64,000 bases of DNA from Tubulanus polymorphus. Lineage: Eukaryota; Animalia; Nemertea. The DNA lies in the NCBI RefSeq assembly GCF_964204645.1, contig NC_134026.1, positions 26,012,150 to 26,076,149 on the forward strand. The letters are read 5' to 3'. The notes beneath the pieces were generated by a model. That model was given only the letters and a program-made list of their open reading frames with translations. It ran no database searches and was not told where the DNA came from. A program made the translations under genes and the position numbers. Below are positions 30,001 through 41,994 of this stretch, in pieces. Position 1 is the first letter of the stretch, and each line of letters starts with the position of its first letter.

Positions 30001-33000
30001 GCTCCAATCAAAAGTTCTCCAGGTACGTACAGAAATTTCGTCTTAATTCGTGTAAGGCAAATGGAACAGGCGGCGCCCCCTGTACAACGAGAGACGGTTG
30101 GCTGATCCATATAGTACTTGACGTTCAAAGTATCTAGAGTTAATTGGTCTGTTTTATAAACATAATCACCAAGCTAAAATAAAACAAAATACGCATATAT
30201 AAGTATCTATTGATATCAAAAGACTTTTACTGGAGAAAACAATAGCTGTACATCCGTGTACCAACCTGACGATATCCTGTGGTTCGTCCTTGATAGTTAT
30301 TGATTTCATATTCGCCAACTCCTTCGCCGTCAGTGAACCTAAAAACTTTTCCAGATTCGTCGACAAACTCCGCTTTCGTGATATTTTCTAATAAGACGCT
30401 GGATCTCCCGTTTTCGGCTTTGAAAGCAGGACAGACTGTCGTGTAGTCATTTCCACACAACGACCTTAAGGTTGCATCAATTCCCTTTACAATAGCATAA
30501 ACAGCATCTATCACGTATAAGGCAAATGGATCTTGCTTCTTTCCAAACAGCGAAGAATCTGGGATTTTTCTAGTAATGTTGCACGATGTTGAATATATAC
30601 CCTGACTTTGGGCGGAAATATAACAGCCAAACATGCTTTCGTACCATTCTTTGAACCAGGGATTTCTCCTGTAAGTATCAACATCCAAACTACGCAGATA
30701 TTTGATAAAGTCAGTAAGGAACGGGGTTTTTAAACTCAATGAAAACGTCCCCACAGCGATGTCCTCATATCCTTCAACGATACTCATTGACGTTCCCCAA
30801 GTAACACTTCCGAATAGTAAGATTTTCCCTGCAATTCTCTGATTTTTAATAGCCTCTAACAGACAACGGTATTCTACAGCTTCGGCATACACAATCACCA
30901 CTCGAGCATCAGCTCGAAGTCCCACTTTTTGGATAACCTGGTCACAATTACCATCTCTAGCGAGCTCATATGTGGCTGTGACGCATATTCCATTTTGCTC
31001 AGCCGTTTTTATGAAAGCATCAATTCCGTCTCTGCCATACGTTGTTGGAGCTTGTATAGTCTGTACGTATGACCAGCCTTGTTCTTTTAATGTTTTTACG
31101 ATAGCCATCGCCTGCTTCGTGTCCGAGGGTACAGTTCGTAGGAAATAAGGGAATCTGTTCTTATCTGATAAAGCCGTACTTGTAGCTCTATAACCGACCT
31201 GTGTCATTCGTAATTGAGTAAGCATATCAGCAATTGAAATCGTGGTTTGGCTACTGTGCGCGGCAGTATAGGAAAATACGTTACTAGGTTCAACTGCAAA
31301 GCCGGAATTATCTTTGATGTTTAGCATGTGGTTGTGGAAGCTTGTTACTAACCCACGTGCTATGGTGTTACTGTTACAGTCATCAATCCCCAAAGCTCCG
31401 ACTTTGATTTCACCTTGTAAAAATCCGGACATTTTATCAATGGCGTATGCGAATGCTTCTATCAGTTGGGCTCCATTTTTCATGACAGCTGAGCACGCTT
31501 GACCACCAGAGCCTCGGTGTACAGAAAATATACCATTGACGATAATATCACCTGGTATAATCAGAAAACGAGTTCTCCCTTGTAAGATGAGACAGATACC
31601 ACACCCAGTTAATGGACACGGCGATGGCGGTAAGTTGTTGAGAACGGTGGTACGTTGTCCGTTGTACATCGATATATTTTTCATGTCCAAAGTCAATGCA
31701 TTGTTGATGTAATAACCGACCTGTAAACAAATTTCAAAGTTAATTTGAGTGGCAATAAAAAATGAAATAATGTAAGTCTGACGGGATGAAGGTTTGATAT
31801 TTTTCTACTTGCCCTTTCAATGAGATCTCTGCCAAAGTTACCGTTTCTTCTATAATTCCAAACATCGTAGATGGGATCTGTAATATCACCGTTATTGTCA
31901 AATTTCGTAGTCTTAGCGAACCCGTAAGGCACTTCAAGATAGGATGACCAGCTAAAAATTCTTTCCGGATTCCCGTATGTAATATCAACCTTTCTTAGAT
32001 ATTTCTGGTAAAATTCTGATGTGGTCATATCTGCTAAAGCTTGACAAACTCCTCGTGTGTTGTTGCACTTGGCTTTACGAGCATCCCTGAGTCCCCTGGC
32101 AAATGTATAAACTGCGTCGATTGCTGGTAATACAAACTGGTTCTGGACATACTCCTGTCGCTTCTCGGGCTCCCTCTGACTCTTGCACGAAGGCAAAGAC
32201 GCGTATGGAGCGTATGTGACTTCTGCGAGTTTGCAGTTGTGGGAACTCATGTACCAGTCCTTGTACCACGGATTATCGGGAGGCGGATCATTTTCATCTA
32301 GTCCAATCCAGTGAGCTTGGAATTCTGGTGTTCTCCGTGATGACGGCGATACTGAGAGGAAACCTCTGTTATACGTGGTAATCTTGGCGAATTCTATACT
32401 TGTGCCAATAGTATCAGAAAATAGCCATTGAAGTTTACCTGCGTTGGTTACATTTGAACCAATCATCATGAGCTCTTTAGCCGCGTTGTGTCCGCCTAAA
32501 TACACAACTCCAACTGTTCCACTTTTAAGTAGTTGTGAAAATATATTTCTGAGATTTTTTGGATCTTTTTCAAAAGGTTTGACCGGTAGAGCCACTTTTA
32601 CACAAATTCCTGCTTCAACTGCCAGTCTTATCAATTCCTGGCGCCCATCCTCTCCATATGTATCTGAAGTGTACACCAAGGCAACATATTGCCAGGTAAG
32701 CTTCTTCAATACTTCAACCATTACCTAACATGAAATAAAGACTTTTTACAATCAACGGAATATTGTATTAATTGAAAGCCACAGAATTTAAAAGTATTTG
32801 CAAATGAGGACGAAATTCAAATTTGATTTTTCCCTTTGCATTCTGCGAACCTTCACTTGAACCGAATTCGGTGGTACCGTTCTCATGAAATGTGTGTATG
32901 TTTCTTTATCACTGAGCGGCGTGAGCGTAGCTGAAGGGGAAATCTGTGGTACTTTGTGCTGGGTCAAAAATTCAGCGACAGATTTTGTCACTGTACTATC

Positions 33001-33736
33001 AGTAGCGCCCAATACACCTAAATGAATGACAATTATATGGAACATAGGAGTGAGATACTAGAGTTAATCCATATCAAATTTAATCAAATAAACTTACCTA
33101 AAAACAGACTAGTTTTATTCAGTGCACAATTTCGTTTATTAGAATAAAGATTTGGCATGAAATCTAAAACAGCTCTCTCCCCGAGTTTTGCCTGACCACA
33201 CGTATCATAAACTTTCATTCCTAAAGAAGAATTTTTCGCTTGTTTAGATTATTCAATACAATTTCTACAATAATCATCTAAGTATATATGCATCTTACCG
33301 ATTTTCATTCCAGGAATGTAACTGTCTTGTATAGGTGCGTTGTTTATATTTCCACTATCTAAATTAATCCTTTGCAACGCCCAAAGTACTGCTTCGTAAA
33401 TAGGCAGGGCCACTGAAATAAACACACGTATGTTAACCATTTTAATCAATATCTTTCGTAGAGATTTTAATAGAAATAGAATCAGAAAGAATACACTGAA
33501 TATCATTTCCGATATTGCTATGATAGTATTTCCTTACTTGGATTTGGGGTTCCACAACCCAAGCCTCCTGCGTCTGGTGTTCTCAAGTCAAATAAACCAG
33601 CTATCATAGCATTTGCGTCTGGTTGAATTGTCAGCAGATTTTTCGATATATCACAGGTATCTCTCGCCAGTGTATCTGCTGCAATTACAGCATGGCTGAC
33701 GTAGGTCACCATCAAGACAATCACTAACATCGCCAT
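24033..33736 (-). CDS. Giant class C GPCR B (tandem paralog of A): signal peptide, 5 tandem Venus-flytrap domains, 7TM; about 2,800 aa
   Basis: Signal peptide MAMLVIVLMVTYVSHAVIA. VFT1 exons about 33736-33538, 33413-33299, 33219-33098, 33017-32851, 32724-31813; VFT2 31720-30266; VFT3 30173-28919 plus 28833-28667; VFT4 28581-28416 plus 28338-27014; VFT5 26907-25408; 7TM 25333-24327; short tail exons about 24243-24178 and from 24107 (final exon frame and stop uncertain, about 24090 or 24033). Same motifs and intron positions as gene A. Confidence 0.87.
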
Positions 33737-34714
33737 TCTTAAAAAAAAACATTTTGATATTCACTAATGACAACAATTTACAAAGAAAATTAGTTATGTA
33801 TACGTTGTGCATGTGTTGCTATTGTTCATTATAAACTAAGAATTAATCGTAATCTATATTCATCTCTAACTATTATTTTCCCCTACCTGTTTTGGTATTA
33901 GATGGACATAGTTATTACTGGGTGGGTCGGAGAGTATGGCGGCAATCAACGACTTACAGCTTTCAATCGTTTGAAAATAGGTAGACATACCTAATTCCTT
34001 TCAGGCTCAAACCAGTTTTCCAAATTCATAAACATAAATAGTTCTTCGCATGTATTTTATTGAAATGACATTTTTCGCGCTACCAGTAATGCAAAAACCT
34101 GTTTGACTGGTGTCAATCTGTGTTTTCAAATAGTACACTCGTTGCCATTTAAATTCAAAAACTAGTTTTCGAACCACTGATCAACGCCTCACAGCCAGGC
34201 TATTATTTGCAATAACAATTAATAGTTATCAGTTAAGGCTACGACGAGGATTTGCCTGTTCAAGTTCGATACTGCTGTAATTTTCTATCTACTTGTTATA
34301 AAAGTATATATGTGTCAGAAAGGTTTCATGACTTCTATCCGACATCAGCATCTTAAAGAGGAGGTTTGATGTCAGAACAATTGAGTCATTAGTGTATACC
34401 AGTACTTTGAATAAAAGTTATTCCTGTGTACACGCAATTGATAGTTTACCACAATCAATTATGCATCTTATGCCAACATTTCTCAATATCAAACGACAAT
34501 TAATTCTCACCCACATAGCGACAACGAAGATCTATCAGTCGATATTTGCATACTTTTATTTATCCAATTCAGCATTTTTTATGAACAAATTGTTGGAAGA
34601 CAGTGATATGTCCTAAGACAAATTTTGTGTGGTAAGATTTTAGACATGGTCATAATAAGTGAATACGGATCCATAGTGATACGGTATCTGAACTAAAACT
34701 GCGGAAGTCCTAGT

Positions 34715-37700
34715 TTAATCAGCGATGTCTGGTGAGGATTGTGCAGAACCGATATTCAGGGTCATTACTTTTACATTGATATCCCCGGTTGAACTGGACC
34801 GCCATCTGGGTATCGTTGGAACGTCGAGCCACGCATTACCTATCGGTGTCATCTCAGATGATCTTCTCATAGAACCATCCGGTGGTACATGAATACTGAT
34901 TGTACTAGGTCGACGAATACTATTACTGCTCATCGCCGTTAAACAGGTATCGGCCGAACCATCCGAATATAAAGATTCTGATCGCGAATTAGGCCTCATC
35001 TCTGGTAAATTCATATCATCCATTTCAATGACTATTTGTTTGCGAGGCGGTTCCGAATTAGTTTTACAATATTTCGTTGGAACTTTAAATCGGGGCACAG
35101 CTGCAACTCCACCATTCATTGGGATTTGATACGAGGTCATTTTACTCGCTGGTGATTTAGTGACAATAGCTTTTTGTTTTTTCTTGAGCGAAGGTTCTAC
35201 GTTTTGCGGCACAATTTTCACATTTCGATTGCGGCATCTATAATAAACTAGTGCCTTCACTACACAGATGACAAGAAGAACTATTGGTATTCCAAAAAGT
35301 ACCGAACCTATCATAATCATCGGCATAAATGGTGCAGCCTCTTCCTTCCTGTGCGTTGCTATATTTGTTGATGATACAGTTGATGATGTTGTTGGGGATG
35401 TCAAACTTACAGTTGGGTCGGGTTGTGTGGATTCTATCTCATGAAATGACATTGTGGACAGTGGTGTAAACATTGAGCTGACAGTTTTAAATGTGTTTGT
35501 GGGCCCCAATAGTGAAGTCAACGGTGAAAATGAATTGATGGGCAATAATGAAGTGAGCTGTGATACAGGTAGTGAATCGGGTGAGGAGTAGAGTTGTAAA
35601 CTAGATTTAGCCGGCGAAGCAAATACAAGTGATGATTTGATATTCACTACATTTGTGGATGGAAAATGTAATGTAGGTGGAGATAAAGATGCTGAAGATA
35701 GGACGGGTAGACTTGACAGTAATGTGCCAGTTTCTTCCAGCGTTATAGTTTCCGTCGCTGAAGATTCTATATCTGAAATAAAACTAGCTGTTTCAGATGA
35801 TAACTGACTTGTAATAGAGGCCAGCACTGTGTGCATTGGGGTATAATCAGCTATAGATCGGTCCATTGACGATATCACTTTGGATGGTGATATTGGTATT
35901 GAAATAACTGATGATTCTAACGTTTTGATAAGAGTGTAAGATGAAAGTGACGGTGTTAAAAGGCTAGATTGAAATGAATCGGTCGTAAATGGTATGAAGC
36001 TGTGAAATACGTTGCGATGCGATGTAAAATTCAGATCGGTAGATAAGATACCGGTATTACTGACCCAAAATGAACTATTCGATATAATCCTAGTGGTGAA
36101 ATGACTGTTTGGTGTATCTGTAAATGATAGAGCAGGTGTATTAAAACTTGAAATATAAGATGAAACTAATGACATATGTTCAGATCGAAAGGAAAATAGA
36201 GACAATATGAACGATGTTGATTCTACATTAGAATGAATTGATGAAAAAAACCAAGAACTTTTAGATGACGATAGAACTATGTTATGTATCGAGGAGTGAT
36301 ACACTGAAGTTGTGGTATTAGAAAAATCAGTCATCGATATGCTGTATGAACTGATGACACTGATGTTGTCCTCTGATTTTTTGAAAACAAATGGCGAACT
36401 ATTGAAATGTGCAGGTAAAACAGGAGTTGATGATAAATCAAAACTATTGGACAATGAAATGGAAGTGATCAGCTTTGAACTAACTGTCGTGGAACTAGTC
36501 TCAAATGTTGTTGTAATGCTGCTGCTTAACGGAGATGATAAAGGGATAGTAGTGGTACTTACCCCCGTTGAACTCATGATTGATCTTGTTGAACTGGTTG
36601 CAGCTAGCCCAGTAGCTGGATAGACATTTGAGTTTGAAGTGGATGTGACATCGACGATGACAGGTGTAATACTTGACAATAATGGTGGTGCTAATATCGA
36701 GTTTGTGGAACTCAATTGTATGAATGCAGATGGTGTGGAAAATAGAGTTACAAGATTAGATAATAAAGTAGTCGATGGAAGACCTACACTAGATACTGAA
36801 AGTGATGTTGAAAAATCAGGCGTATATAATGTAGATACTTTGTACGAGGAGGTTGAAATAATTGAATCAGATGAACGCGATGATGAAATGGCTGCAGGTG
36901 TTAAAAATATCGACACAGTGGAAGAAGAGGGCGATATGAATGATTCGGTAGATGGATAGAAATAGCTTGATGAATATTTGCCAAATGCCAAATCTTCATC
37001 AATGTACCCATCGCCGTCATCGTCAATTCCATTATACAATTCCTCGTCGATTTTTTCGTCACAGTCGTTGTCTAAACCGTCTCCCGATTCCGTCAAGGTA
37101 ATAACGCAAGCTGTGCCGATATATGCCAATCGCATACCAGCCGGATATCCATACGATTCGTATGGAGCATGGCCATACATTATGGCACCGATGACAACTA
37201 TCGGATTTTCATGACTAATATGATGTGTTCCTTCGTAAATGAAAATCTGAGCCCCGACAAAAATCGTTTTACCGATAGGTTTCCACGGTAATCCGGTCAG
37301 TATCTCACCGTCCATTTCAATTTTATCTTTATATCTTCTTTCAATGACCAGGTTCACGTGATTCTGAAAACTTCCACTGAATTGGTTACCAGGTTTTACA
37401 GTTGACACTGTGTACGTGTGGCTAAACTGCGACGAAGGTGGAATAACGATCATGAAGGGATCAGTATCGGGCTGGTCGACGCCTTGAGACTTCGAATATT
37501 GGATCACCATTACTGGCTTCGAACTTGTAATGCTGGCGTATGTTTCAGATGCAACACTGAGTTGTTTGAAACCTCCTTTATCTATTGTGAAGGATTGACT
37601 GGTAGTGTCATTGAAGGAAATCTCAACCACGGTGCTATTTTCACTGGCTGCAAAACAATCCTAATTCATGTCAAGCTTCTTATTGAAATGAGAGTCAAAG

Positions 37701-39405
37701 TTCGGAGTTATTATAGATTTGAGACTTACCAATTATACGAAAAATATCGCCAACACTTCGTTCTTTAATTGGCACGGTCATGAACAATCTGCCCCATGTT
37801 TTAACCGGGGGTAGTTGCTCCACAAGATGATCTCTCGTATTGCCTTCGATCGATGTTTTTTCCGCTCCGGAAAACACTGATATCGGTTTATCGGAAATGA
37901 TTTCCGTGCCAGTTAGGTCACCTAAATCAGTCTGGATTTGAAAAGTTTCGAACGCGTTCAAATTAAATGTCAATGATTCGCCACTTTTGTACTGCATCCT
38001 ATTGTATTGAATGTAAATCTTTGGATGGCCTAATTCGTCCATGATTACAGGCATGATAACCGTAACTGTAGTAGCATTTTCAATCGCTGCTATGACCATT
38101 TCAGATTTAGCCGTCCCTTCTTTGTAGGAGGCGACGAAATATCGTGTATCCATAACATCAGTGGGTAAACCAAGGAAAGCATCGGACGAACCAAACTGTT
38201 TGTTTATGCCATAAACAACGATTGTATCTGTGGCAGATACCAATATTCCTTAAAAATTCATAAGATATTTCATAATTAATGCCGAATAAGATTCCGATAG
38301 TTTACGCAAATGAATTGTTTTTTAAACATTTCAATAATCACCCTAAGCTAGTTTCCTCTGGAATATTTAAAGCCACATAGATATGGGGAGACTGGATGTA
38401 AGTTTAATTCATGAATAATAAATTGATAAGATCACGAGATTGAGACATTTGATTGTTTTGATTTACGAATGAGTTTTCTAATTTTAGCTGTTCTCTGGCT
38501 GTAAATGCGAATTGGATTGGCCGCAAACAAGAGCTTTAACGCAGATTCACGTGTTCATGAGTTCAACGAGAATTAAGAATTCCTAGAATGTTTTCATACC
38601 ATTTCTCGACAGACCAGTTCCTTCTCGGGATGGGACATCCGTGTGAAGTGAAACTAACTGACCCTGTCCGCGTTCGACGACAATATTCTGGTCATGGACA
38701 CTATTAAGTAATGGCAGAGAAATGGTGACATCGACAGGCGTGTTGGAATACGTGGTTATCATTAGTTCAGAGTTTTTATCACCATGTCGAGCGGAGAGGT
38801 ACTGGTTATGCATGAATGCTAGCACGAATTTACTACCTTGGTTATCGGGAACATCTGAAACAGAATGAGCAAATAGATTTCGAAGCTATTTCTTCGTGAT
38901 TTGTTTTGCTGTTATGAAAAAATCCGTTTATCTATACTTTTATACAATATATTTTGCCGATTTACTTTTAGCAGGGAATTGCCCCTACTTCTCAAAAGGA
39001 TATCCCTGGTATAATGCCCCTATAAATTGCTGCTACACAAACATGCATCATGTTCAAGACATAATTTCGTATATGTTCAATGATCATTAATCTAGTTACA
39101 CGTAGTATGCTAAGATAACGAAGGAAGGTCAATTAGAGTTTGCCATGTTCGCATGATGTTAATGCGTAGCGCAACCGTCGTTGGACATTCACGTTCTTTC
39201 TACGAAAGAATTTCAATAAAATTGAACCGACTTCGTTGTCGCATTCAATGCATCATGAAAATTAGCGAAATCAGATAGATTTATACATATAATCAGATTC
39301 TATGAAATATATCATACCTTTGTACGTAGCAGGATTTGCTAATCGTAATCTCCAATAGACAACCATAAAACAGCCGATTATTATTTTACTTCTGTAGATA
39401 GACAT
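34715..39405 (-). CDS. Type I membrane protein: IgGFc-binding-protein N-terminal domain, acidic DxDxDG repeats, long Ser/Thr mucin-like stalk, TM and cytoplasmic tail
   Basis: Exons about 39405-39318 (signal-like), 38854-38600 (PDNQGSKFVLAFMHN), 38248-37730 (SSDAFLGLPTD...G DLTGTEIISDKPISVFSG...RDHLVEQLPPVKTWG), about 37646-34715 (DPFMIVIPPSSQF...YESYGYPAG; GDGLDNDCDEKIDEELYNGIDDDGDGYIDED; S/T-rich stretch; TM IMIGSVLFGIPIVLLVICVVKALVYY). These are IgGFc_binding family signatures. Confidence 0.82.
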
Positions 39406-39899
39406 TGTAGATTTCTAGGTTTCACTTGTAAAAGTCCATTTTTTATAAAAATATCAAAACATTGCAGCGTTCTTTTGAAACAAAACAAAAACTATTCATA
39501 TGAAGGCAAAGAGATGGGAATTGAATTCATTGTCGACGATGCCTCCCATATCAAAGAGTCTGCATGGGGATAAGCGCCTGTTACTGTATCCTTGACCAGG
39601 TACATCTGGATACTGAATGATGGATTCAGTCAGCTAACTTCGTTAGTGTGATTGCCGCTCCACCTCTGTATACTTCGACTAAAGTGCCCTTATCATAAAT
39701 TATGCAGTTCACTATAAACCACACGTGAGCTGTAAAGGATGACGGATCCCGAGATTTTCCGGTGAAAATCACTCACCATGCAAAATTACTGTGACCCAAT
39801 CATATTCAATAAATCAGTTTTTATCAGTTCACAACGATTAACCCAAAAAACCTTTAGACAATAGGTAAACCCTCGTATTATTACGTATATACAGGCAAA

Positions 39900-40306
39900 A
39901 TGTGGCTCTTACTACTACAGATTTTTAGTATCTTTAGTTATTCAAACGCAGGAATGCCGTATACGGCCGCCGTTTATGCTCATGCCGTATATTCGTGGCC
40001 GGATAACGATGTACCTCCAACATTTCAGGAAGCGATGCATGTTATTGATACAAATCTGATGGTTTTTGAAGAGCAGACTAAGATTGCTAAACAGGAGGTT
40101 CGTAATTGCTCAACAGTATGACTCTCTGTTACTTGATGCCTATTTCATTATCAATTCTATAACTCTGTATCCGACCAGTGTAGTGATATCAGAAGGCATC
40201 TACTGTATTAAGGGTTAGGAATTATTTAAACATTACGACACATATATTATAAGCGCCGCAATGTTTAAATAATTCCTAACCCTTAATATATATATGCATG
40301 TATGTA

Positions 40307-40345
<39 letters not shown>

Positions 40346-40618
40346 GTGCGTGTGTGCGTGTGTGCGTGTGTGCGTGTGTGCGTGTGGGCGTGCGCGCGTG
40401 CGCGCGTGCGCGCGTGCGCGCGCGCGCATGCGTGTATGTATGTATGTATGTATGTATGTATGTATGTATGTATGTATGTATGTATGTATGTGATGTAGGT
40501 ATGCTACCTACCTACCTACCTACCTACCTACCTACCTACCTACCTACCTACCTACCTACCTACCTACCTAACCTACCTACATCACATACATACATACATA
40601 CATACATACATACATACA

Positions 40619-40650
<32 letters not shown>

Positions 40651-41994
40651 CATCACCCATAAAGATTGTTTTTATTACTATAATTTCTTTATCATTTGTT
40701 GTAGGGCGCAGATATTATATTGTTCCCTGAAAATGGTATACGCGGATTCGGATTCTACATGGCAAAACCATATTTGGATGAAATTCCAGATCCTAATCAT
40801 GTCTCATGGTGTCCGTATCTTGACCAAAATCTGAACGAAACCGCTCACTCGGAATACAGGCTCAGCCATATGGCTCGAGAAAACAGCCTATATCTTGTAG
40901 CTAATGTTGGGGAGGCAGTGCCGTGTAATGTTCATCACGATCCAAAATGTCCAAGGAAAGGCCAATACCAGTATAATACCGATGTAGTTTATGCACCTGA
41001 TGGCTGTCTGGTCGCGAAGTATCGCAAATATCATTTGTACTTTGAACCAGAATATAATACTCCACTGCTGAAGCATGTAACATTCCAGACTCCGTTTGGA
41101 ATTTTTGGATTATTGACGTGTTTTGATCTACTGTTCCATGAGCCATCGATTTCATTGGTAAAAGATCATGGCGCCGAAAACATAATATTTCCGGCTGCTT
41201 TTAACGACGGAATGCCGCTGATGGCGGCTATCGAGTTCGCATCCGCATGGTCTATCCGTATGCGTGTCAATTTATTGGCAGCAAATATACAACAACCAGA
41301 TAGACAGATGAGTGGTAGTGGGGTATTCTCACCTGATGGACCGTTAGTCTATTACCGCAAAATGAGTTCGGACCAAGGACGTCTTTTGGTAGCCAAAGTG
41401 CCAGCATATAAACCCACCGTCCCACCAATGGCTAGAAACGACGCTACCCCATCGCTACCTCAATTACAATCTTCGGTAAAATTCGTAGCTAATCTCAGTT
41501 CCGATCCATATCATTGGATCATGTTGCAAAGTTTGGCTGCCACGACGGCGATTTGTCACAATAGTGTTTGCTGCCAGTTAAGTTACACCATAAAATCTCG
41601 CGTTGCTGGAGAAATATATGCTTTGGGTGCATTTGATGGTTTACACACAAAGAACGGTAATTATTACTTACAGGTTTGTACGGTAGTTAAATGCGCTAAC
41701 GATAAAGCTAAAAGTTGTGGATCCCCAGTTGAAAATTCACGAACTATCTTTACTCATTTTGATTTACATGGAGTTTTTAACACTCGATACGTGTTTCCCA
41801 GTTTGAATACAAACGGAGTGAAATTTGCATCCGGTGAGTGGTCATTTAATTACGAACAACTAGAAGGAAGGATTCTAAGTCGACCGAACGGTATCAAAGA
41901 ACCGTTACTATCTAGTGCACTTTATGGAAGATTCTATGAACGAGATAACATTTCTTCAAGTAGATCCAACAAAAAACAAAACCCCACACGATGA
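39900..41994 (+). CDS. Vanin/biotinidase-family (pantetheinase-like) carbon-nitrogen hydrolase, secreted
   Basis: Exon 1 39900-40097 (signal peptide, YTAAVYAHA), exon 2 40705-41994 (GADIILFPE, KYRKYHLY, TCFDLLF giving the Glu-Lys-Cys nitrilase triad; C-terminal base domain YALGAFDGLH, LYGRFYERD). Confidence 0.9.
40287..40650. repeat. Compound microsatellite (TATG)n(TG)n(TGCG/CG)n(TATG)n...(CTAC)n...(CATA)n in the vanin intron
   Basis: Directly visible; the (TATG)n-TGATGTAGGTA block is the reverse complement of the TACCTACATCA-(CATA)n block. Confidence 0.95.

Noticed and set aside
14512-32721. Reading the VFT ORFs as about 10 separate mGluR genes or pseudogene fragments
   Set aside because: Only two signal peptides and two 7TM domains exist, and the modules are separated by 70-110 nt intervals with canonical in-phase splice sites.
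40294-40662. ORFs of CV/MYVC/PTYL repeats
   Set aside because: Microsatellite inside the vanin intron.
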